64,000 bases of DNA from positions 1 through 64,000 of the IMG/VR virus record IMGVR_UViG_3300044699_000054. One strand, written 5' to 3'. The notes beneath the pieces were generated by a model. That model saw only the letters and a program-made list of their open reading frames with translations, did no database searches and was not told the DNA's origin. A program made the translations under genes and the position numbers. Positions 52,488 through 61,100 of this stretch are shown piece by piece. This DNA is from a virus. Taxonomy: Duplodnaviria > Heunggongvirae > Uroviricota > Caudoviricetes. Positions within the stretch are counted from its first letter, which is position 1. Each line of letters starts with the position of its first letter.

Positions 52488-54221
52488 TTAGCAAGTGATG
52501 TCTCGCTGGAGACCGGTCTTACCGTTTGCACAGATTGCAATGGTGTAGACGCGGCTAACGGGGCAGAAGCGCATAGCTCGGAAGCCGTCCTCCAAGAACA
52601 GCTGGGTCACTTTGTTGGTGGCCAGGTTGGTGCTGTCGTAGATGGTGTCGAGCCGGATGACGTCCTGGCGAGCAACCACCCAGGTTCCAGCCGGGAAGGC
52701 TAGGAAGTTGACGCTGAGCGGAAGTGCACAGATCGGAACGTCCGAACCAGGGAACGGACCACCAGAAACACCAACGCTGGTGAAGGAGTCCTGCCAGTCA
52801 TAGATCCACTGGGCGCGAGCGTGACGGGTCCGGAGCAGACCATCGATCATGGCGTCAGTCAGATCCGGGTCCATGGGACCGTTACGACGGATCCAGTCAG
52901 CCCGTAGCTGCGCCTTGAGCCAGTACGGGAAGACGAACTCAATCGTCTGGTCCCGCTGCAGCCGCAACCGGTACTGGATGTCGACGGTGGCAAGTTCGAC
53001 AGCTGACATGACCTGTGAAACCACAGAGTTGTCAGTTACCCAGGGAGCACAGTTCAGGTTGACCGCAGTGGAGTCGGTGACGATGTCAGCGAGGATCTGC
53101 CGGTTGACGTTGTGCGCCTGAGCGGCAATAGCACCCTGCACGAATTCACTCACGAACTCGGGGTAGCCACGGTTCTGCAGAATGTCGCCAGTCAAGCAGA
53201 GGGCCGAGACCTTGAGCCGGTCGTCAATGAATGACGGACAGGGAATCGCCACACAGGTCTTGGTTGTGTCGGAGATGACCTGTGCCTCAGTCAGGATGTT
53301 GAAGCCGGTACCAGTACCGAAGATGGTGTCGAACTGGATGCCCTGGTTGTGCCGGATGCCTCCGCGCCGTGCACCGATCTCAGGTAGAGACAGGATTCCG
53401 TCTGTCGTGATCTGGTTGCAGGTGGTGTAGATGGTCTCGGACGGGGCACACCAGCCGGCGCCAGCAAGAAGTGATCCACCCGGTAGACGGGTCTCGTCCC
53501 GGACGAAGTCAATCTTCTTCATGATCGAGATGTCATCGTCGCCATCGCTGACGGACATCTCATTGGAGAACTCACGCTTGATCGTGGCGACTGTCGACTG
53601 CTGAGCAGTACCACCGCTGTGGGTGTGGGAACGGGCTACGAAGGCGCGAGCAACGTCAAGCCAGCCGTCAAGCTCAGCACCAGCGGCGAAGCCAGTGTCA
53701 GCAGCGGCGAGGATCCGGAACTGAGGCTGAAGAGCGTCGTTGGTAACGACTTCCCCAACTAGGACCTGCGGGTTGGCGGTGGCGATCTCGGCAACCCCCG
53801 GAATCTTCTCCACGGGCGGTGCCTTTTCGAGAGTCGCAACGGCGGTAGAAGTGCCAGCAGCACTCATCTCAGCGGCACGCTTGCGCTTGGGCGCAACAGC
53901 AGGTGCCGCCTCTTCCTCTTCGTCGTCGTCAACTTCCTCGTCCTCTTCGTCATCGTTCTGGGTGACGAGAGCGTTGAAGCGGGCGAGACGGTCCTTGCGG
54001 GAAGACATTTCCTGGTCGACTGCGAGCATGAAGGTCTTGAGGTCATCCAAGTCCTCAATGTCTTCATCGGTAGCTGTCTCGGGTGTCAGAACGTCACGCA
54101 AGGCATCAAACGCAGCGGAGGCCTCAAGAGCCAAGTCACGCAGCGCCGTTACCGTGTATCGGTTGAGGTTGTTGACATCCGGAATCTCAAATTCCATCTC
54201 AAGGCCTTTCGGATAAGTCAC
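52488..54221 (-). CDS. major capsid protein with N-terminal scaffold-like (coiled-coil plus poly-acidic) domain
   Basis: N-terminal helical region with DDEEDEEVDDDEEEE. C-terminal about 370 aa with capsid-like composition. Position after the giant gene and before head-tail genes. Confidence 0.5.
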   Translation of the reverse strand: MTYPKGLEMEFEIPDVNNLNRYTVTALRDLALEASAAFDALRDVLTPETATDEDIEDLDDLKTFMLAVDQEMSSRKDRLARFNALVTQNDDEEDEEVDDDEEEEAAPAVAPKRKRAAEMSAAGTSTAVATLEKAPPVEKIPGVAEIATANPQVLVGEVVTNDALQPQFRILAAADTGFAAGAELDGWLDVARAFVARSHTHSGGTAQQSTVATIKREFSNEMSVSDGDDDISIMKKIDFVRDETRLPGGSLLAGAGWCAPSETIYTTCNQITTDGILSLPEIGARRGGIRHNQGIQFDTIFGTGTGFNILTEAQVISDTTKTCVAIPCPSFIDDRLKVSALCLTGDILQNRGYPEFVSEFVQGAIAAQAHNVNRQILADIVTDSTAVNLNCAPWVTDNSVVSQVMSAVELATVDIQYRLRLQRDQTIEFVFPYWLKAQLRADWIRRNGPMDPDLTDAMIDGLLRTRHARAQWIYDWQDSFTSVGVSGGPFPGSDVPICALPLSVNFLAFPAGTWVVARQDVIRLDTIYDSTNLATNKVTQLFLEDGFRAMRFCPVSRVYTIAICANGKTGLQRDITC

Positions 54222-54596
54222 GTAGGTAGCACGCAGCTATCCGAGCGGCCCGCAGCACAGCCTCGGGGTATTTAGTGCAGTTTAGAGTTCATTGACGCTT
54301 CAAGCAAGCTAGCTAGCTTTCTTTCTTACCACTTCTACAGTGCCACCATTTCGAGTGACAGCAATGTCAGCAGCAACCTTTGAAGCAAATTCCTCGCTTT
54401 GACCATTCGCCTTTCTTACAACATAGGTCTCAGCGGGCTCACCGCTGCTCTTTCCACAGTTACATGGCATCCCTGTAGCCCTCTCTCCGACCTGGTTCTC
54501 TCATTGAACACCGAGATCCATTGCAAAGCTACTAGCGGCTTGCATATCCTCATCGTGACCCGCGATGGGTCTCCGTGATGGATAAGGAGAATAGCT

Positions 54597-54902
54597 ATGC
54601 CGCGTGAAACGATCAAGGACGAAGATGGCGGTGTTGTCGCTCAAGTAGTCTGGAGCCCCGACCAGTACGTCCAACTAGCAACATTGTCCACTGATCCGGC
54701 TACCTTCATCGCTTGGTGCCGTGACCTTGTCAGTGAGTACGACGAGATCCAAGAAGCCATTAAGCGGACTGGACCAGGTAGCGATGAGACCGGGTTTGGA
54801 CGCAACCTTGGCATGTTCTGGTCACCAAGGCGTCGGGAGATCAATGAACTGATCCGGGTACTCCGTCGAGCCCGGAACTCGGCCTACGGGGCTGACGAGT
54901 AG
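54597..54902 (+). CDS. opposite-strand small gene inside the structural operon
   Basis: 101-aa ORF with GGAGAATAGCT-ATG context and good coding composition, in the AT-richer gap 54222-54600. Confidence 0.4.
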   Translation: MPRETIKDEDGGVVAQVVWSPDQYVQLATLSTDPATFIAWCRDLVSEYDEIQEAIKRTGPGSDETGFGRNLGMFWSPRRREINELIRVLRRARNSAYGADE

Positions 54903-54939
54903 AACATTCGTCCAGGGTCTTGCTGCGTACACTTGGGGT

Positions 54940-55128
54940 ATGACTACGCCCAAAGGCCGTGAAGGCGAGATCCTGGACGAGTTCTTCTATGACGAAGACG
55001 GAAACATCGTCGCTGATGTCGAGGATGCTGCCGGCGCTAAGATCGTTCGGGTAGGGCCTGGTGGTACTGAGGAGTATGTGAGCCTCGTACGGCGGAAGCC
55101 TGGATCCGGCGAACGGCCTGTCGAGTAA
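54940..55128 (+). CDS. opposite-strand small ORF overlapping the 3' end of the giant gene
   Basis: 62-aa acidic ORF. Overlaps the giant gene stop region in antisense, hence uncertain. Confidence 0.25.
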   Translation: MTTPKGREGEILDEFFYDEDGNIVADVEDAAGAKIVRVGPGGTEEYVSLVRRKPGSGERPVE

Positions 55129-58100
55129 CCCGAGGGCGTCGCTGCGGTAGCCGCTCATCGGCAATGGTCTTCAACTGCTGGCGCGCAAAGTCCGGGTACA
55201 TTTCATCGAACAAAGCTGCCCACTCCGGGAACAGATCACGGAAGTAGATAGGTTCACTGCGAGTGCTGCCACCAAGCTTTCCGTAGCCGACAATCCCCAA
55301 CAGATAAAGCGAGTGGGCTTCAGCGAAGTTTTCCCCATAGCTCATCCGACCGTATGGGGTAACCCCGTTCGGAACCATGATCTTTACACCGGGCGGTGGT
55401 TTGAACTTGCCCCAGTTCTTGACGGCGGCATAAAGCTCTCGGGTAGACGCTCGCGGAAGTGGAACAAAGTCGCCAACCCGTCCGCGTGGATCGGACGAAC
55501 TAATTAACTCGGACACCCGACGTGATGGGCTATCAAACGATGGCACAGCACCACTTGCTCTACCGACGTTGTGGCCAACTTCGTGACGCAGGTCGTCAAA
55601 GAAGACGGTGTCACCCTGTTCCAGATGCATATGCGTACCAGCATCCCAGATGATCAGTTGCCCACCACCGGCCGATGCTGATGAAGCAAAGTTTGGGTCG
55701 CCAAAACGTTGTGCAAAAATGGGGTCCGCCGGGTTGGGGTCCAAAGCAAAGGCGTATGAGCGTTGCCATCTCTGTGCCTCAGTTGGCAGTGCGTCATGGA
55801 AGGTGCGGAGCCTCTCCTTTACCTTCTCTGCACGTGCTCTACTAACATCGTTATCCCGGTGTTGGATCACGTAAGTGACGCCGCCATGTCGCCAGGCTGT
55901 AGCAACCGGCATTCGGTATCCGTTATGCAGCGTCAGGGATCGGATCGGGACACCTTGAGGTCCAGTGTCCCTTGGCAGCAGCATGGCCATGCCTTCAGCG
56001 CTGTTCAACTGACCAGTAAACGTCCCATCCGGCCTCCTGATGATGTGATCGGCATACGGCACTGGCCAGATAGCCGCACCTTCTTCAACCCCGCGAAGTG
56101 CACCTCTGGCCTGCATAGGTTCACCAATTTGAGCCGCTAGCGCATCAGCCTTGGTCCGGACCAATGGCTTCGACAATTGGATCCTGCGGCCGTCCTCGTC
56201 CACGTAGGAGACACCGGGAACCAGCATCTGCACCGCGTTACCGGCCTTTGTGTCTCCGGCTAGGAGGTCGTGGTCATCCGGGCTGTAGTCGACCCAGTCA
56301 CCAGCGTGACCATCCACCTCGATGCCGTGCTGTCTGAGGACCTCCCGCATCCGCGCCTGGAACTGTTCCCGGTTTTCGCCCGGTAGCATCTCGCCGATGG
56401 CACCACGTACTTCATTCCAGCCGGCTGCTTCTTCTCTTTGCTGACCCGGTGCCTTGCTACCGAAACGGTCCCGAATCAAGGTGCGGAGCCGGTTATCGTC
56501 ACCATCGCTCATTGTGGCTTCCAGGATCTGCTCCAGATCCCTGGCGTAGGTGGCACTGCCCTGCGCCTTGGCAATGCGAGCAGCCTTGATTCTGTTGGCA
56601 TCACGTAGCGCCCTACGCTCAGCGGCAACTTGAGCCGTGGTCTTTTCACCAGTACGAAGGAGAACACCGGTCTCAATGTCATTAGCCCGGACGCGGTTCT
56701 TGTCAGCTACCCGGCGCATCTCCATAGCTTCCGGGTGGCCAATGTGATGCTCTCGCAGCTCCAGGTGCCCAGCTGCGGTATCCAGATCTAGTGCACGGCG
56801 ACGTAGTTCGGCAGCGGCATCCGCTCTACTGATCTTGTTAGCCTCAAAGGCGCCAACTACCTGGCCATCGGTCAGCTTTCCAATCTCATGTGGAGTCAGC
56901 TGCTTTGGCTTTTTGATCGCCGGTGTGCCCGGGGTCAGATCCGTGCGCTCGGACAGCATGGGAGCGGTGTTGGGTCCAAGCTTCTTGTTCCCCATCAACG
57001 GCTCGCGTTTGCGCAGCTGCGCGATCCAGTCCTTCAGCTCCTTGCTCAGGCTGCTGTCCTTATCCAGCCGATGCCACAGCGACTGCATCCGGTACGAGCC
57101 ATCAATACTTTCGTGGTATGTGCCCAAGACCCTTTCAATGCGCCGTTCGACATCTCCGGCACTGATATCTCCGTTGCTGCTGTGGATGTCACGGAAAACT
57201 TGAGCCAAGCGCTCAACGGGAGAATCCTCGGTCGTGGTCATGCCGTGGAGGTGACTGCCCTTGGGAGCACGAGCTACTGGAATCCGCTCCAGATTCTTGA
57301 GCAGCTGCCGTGCAGCCGGTGGTGTTCCTTCAGGCAGATCAGGCTCAGGACCGAGAGGGAAGTCCATTTCCCGGATGGCGTCGTCAAGCCGCCGCTGCAT
57401 CTCCGGATCGGCTTCCATAGACCGCAACGAATGCAGTTCATCTAGCAGCTTCTGTGGTCCATCGATATCACCGTTATCGCGATCACGACGCGTTTGACTG
57501 ATGTCATACCGCAGTTTCATGAGCTTGTTAGCGGTACCATTGCGTCCCCGACGGGCGTACTCCTGCGCCAACTCCATCGATCCGGAATTCCCGTGCATGA
57601 TGGCGTTGTCGCCTTCAGGGTCACTGATTAGTGGGACAAGCTCAGCGATCCCTGGAGATGTCTCCCTAGCTGCTTCAGCTACCTTCCTTGTTGGCGCAGC
57701 TGGCTTTTCAGCCGGCGTCTCCCTCTTGATCGTTGGTCGAGTAGCCTTGGCAACAGCCTTCTTAGCTGGCCGCCTTTCTGCCGGAGCCATGGCATCCACA
57801 AGGCGCTTACGCTTCGCAGCCAGGGATTCATCATGTGGACCTCTGGACAGGCCAACTCTAGTTAAAGCATCGCCAATTGAATCCCGATTGCGTAGGAGCC
57901 TGGCGATGTCTTCGACATCTTCCCGAGTCCTAGCAGCACCCATACGATTAACGGCATCGCGGCCAGTAAGGCTCTCCCGTACTGGAGTCTTTCTTGGCGC
58001 AGCAGCACGCTCAATGCCACGGACCTTAGCTGCAGCACGGCGCTGAGCCCCACGAACCTCAACACGTTCACCGGCTAGGGTCCGACGCAGCTCATCTCTA

Positions 58101-61100
58101 GTAAAGTCGTACTGCGTTGCCCCTAGGTCCTCGCCAGCACGCCTACGCCGGTCAATCTCGGCATGTAGTTCCTCACGGGTCATCCGCTCAATTGGCTTAG
58201 CAGCTGGCGGCTTTACTTCAGCAGCACGCGTGATACGTGGCTTGGCAACCTTTTCTGGAGCAGTCTTCTTGGCTGTTGGTGGCGCTGGCTGCGGGGCGCC
58301 CTCAACCATCCAAAAGGCGTTGTTCGGCATGTAGGTTTCGGTCCGGCCGTCATCACGGGTGATCCGGATCTTCCCAGTCCGTTCGATGGCCGTGATGGTG
58401 TGCGGAGCGCCCCACTGTCCAGAAGGACCAGTGGTGACATCGCCAACTCTCAGGTTCGTGGCGCTCTTACGCTTGGTCCCATTGGCCAACGGAGGAAGGA
58501 ACTTCTCCTCTTTCTCAGCTGGTGCTGCAGCCTTCTTTGCGGTTGTCTTCTTAGCAGCTGGAGCCTTCTTCTCTGCCTTAGCACCACCAGCTTCGCCACT
58601 GGGAGCCTGTGGGCCACCGAGACCGCCATCCGGTGCACCAGCGTCAACGTCACCCGGCAGATTGCCACCGCCAGGTACACCACGGCTGTATCCACGCTTA
58701 GTTGGTGCTGCCTTCTTTGCTGGTGCTGCTTTCTCAGCCGCACGAGTAACTGCTGGCCGTGCTGTCTTCCTGGGTCGTGATGCTGTGACCCTCTTGATCA
58801 TCTCGTCAACACGAGCTAAGGCATTAGCGTGCCACTGCTCCCGATCCATGGCACGGAACTCAGGTCCAGCTGCGACTAGTGCTCGGCGCGCTGCCCGTAG
58901 TTCGGCAACAGTAAATGGAAGGTCATCACTCCACTCAGGATTGCCGTCTGCGTCTAGGCGAACTCCCTTGTAGTAGTTGTTGAGTGGGTCCTCTTCGATG
59001 ACATGTGAAGGTTGACCGACCCGTGGACCACCCTGGAAGTTGGAGGAGTGGTCAATGCCCCAAAGCCCGTCTTCCCCTATGCGCAGGTTACCTTTGTTCC
59101 GATCTTGGTTGCCGGCGATTAGGTCGAACAGATACAGCCTGCGGCCAGCCTCACTGGCGACAGCAGCTCTCCGTCGAGCTGCACTGATCTTGTCCCCATC
59201 ACGCCCAGAAACCATATCTGTGTAGACAGTTTTAGAATCCGCTTTGTAGGCCGCCGGGACGTGCGCACCCATGCGACGGGCAAGTGAACTGGACAGGACT
59301 TCAGCATCAACCTGATCTTCAGGGCTGTAGTCATAGCCTGGACCCTTGTCTCGCTTCGGCCGCTTGCGAATCAGTCGACGTCCACCAGCTCCCTCTACTT
59401 CCCAGGTGGTTGAATACTTGCCGCCACCAAGACTCTTCCGGTCAGTGACACCATCTGTGATCGATTCACGAATGGCCTTGGTCTCAGGGCTGTCATACCG
59501 ACTTCTTGGTAATGCTGCAGCCTTCTTTACTGGTGCTGCTTTCTTTGCAGGTGCGGCAACAGCTTTCTTTACTGGTGCTGCCTCCTTGGTTACTTCATAG
59601 ACAGCAGCGTCATGGTCACGTTCACGATGTGACAGGCGGTATTCCCAATAAGCTTTGCGCTCCGCTGGTGTTAAGGCTCTTAGTTCTGCTTGTTGGTCAG
59701 AATTGAGCTTGCGGGAAATGGTTCGGCGTTCGGCAGCAAGCTCCATCTCCAGGCGCTGGCGACCAGTACCGGGTGCTGCCTTCTTGGCCGGGGTGGCTTC
59801 AATCTCATCGGCCAATGCGCGGAGGCGGGCAGCTTCCGCAGTGAACTTGTCAGCTCGCTTCCGCTGATCCGGGGACAGCGACTCTCGTGGATCACCCAAA
59901 CCGATATAGGCACCGCTGTCTGCCTGACCTTGGGCGTACTGCCGAATACGTCGAGCCGCCGCTGGGCGTGACACCCTGCCGTCACGAGCAGCCTGAGCCC
60001 AGTCATCGGCGCTGTGCAATTCCCGTTCGGCCTGTGCAGGAGTCAATTTTTGTGGTGCTGCCTTCTTGGCCGCACGAGTAACCGTTGGCCGTGCTGCCTT
60101 CTTCGTTGCCTTGAATCGTCCTGGCGTTTGGACCTGAGACAGGGACTCAGCTAGGGCTCTGTCGTGTGGCAGTCCCCGATCTTTGTTCTCGAAGTAAGCA
60201 GCTTGTTCAGCCGGGTCCAAGGCGTCGACTTCTGCTTGCTGAGCAGCTCTTAGCCGGGGACGGCCAATCGGTTCACCGATATCACCCTTGAGGCGTCGGG
60301 CAATAGCTGCACGCCGTTCCGGAATCCGGAGTGTGACCTGATCCCCGATGCCGATGTCGTGCATGATCTCCTGGAGATCGGAGCCGTTGACTTGCTCGTC
60401 TTCCAGAATCTTTTGCACGGCTTCTGGGCTGTCAGCACGCCGTAGACGATCAACCAGCTTTTCTCTGCTCGCATCGGGCAGCGTCTTGATGCCGCCACCA
60501 GCTGAGGAAACCCGCTTACCGGCACGGGCACGGGTGATGGTTGGCCGCTCCTTGAGTTCTGCGATTTCTTCCGGAGTGTAGAAAGGCCTGGCACCAGCAG
60601 GTGGTCGCTTCGGAGATACCCCAAGCTTGTCACCAAGGGTCCCGTGGGCTTCCATCCGGTCAGCGAACTCACGGATCCGCTTTGCTTCAGCCTTAGCCAA
60701 CCGTTGCTGCGCGGGACCACTGAGCAATGTGCCGTCAACCGTTGTTACTGCCCGGAGAGCTTCAATGCGATCGGCGTCGGTACGCAGTTGTTCTACAGCT
60801 GCGTTCTTGTCTCCGGTAGCGGCGTACTCAACACCAGCCTTGGTGAGGACATCCCGAGCCTGGGTGGTCCTGATGCTGCTGTCGAAGTTGCGGCGCGACA
60901 GAAGATCACGGTAAGTCTGCTTACGTTCCTCGCGGAGTTCAGTGGCTGACTTACGCAGCGACTTGGTGCGAGGCTCCGGCTCCCGGATCTTCTTCAGCAG
61001 GACCTCGGTGAGATCGTTCCGATCCTTGTCAGCGTGCTCTGGTCCGAGATCGAGCGCAGTCACCAGCCTCTTGAAACGGGTCTCATCCATCTCGTCAATG

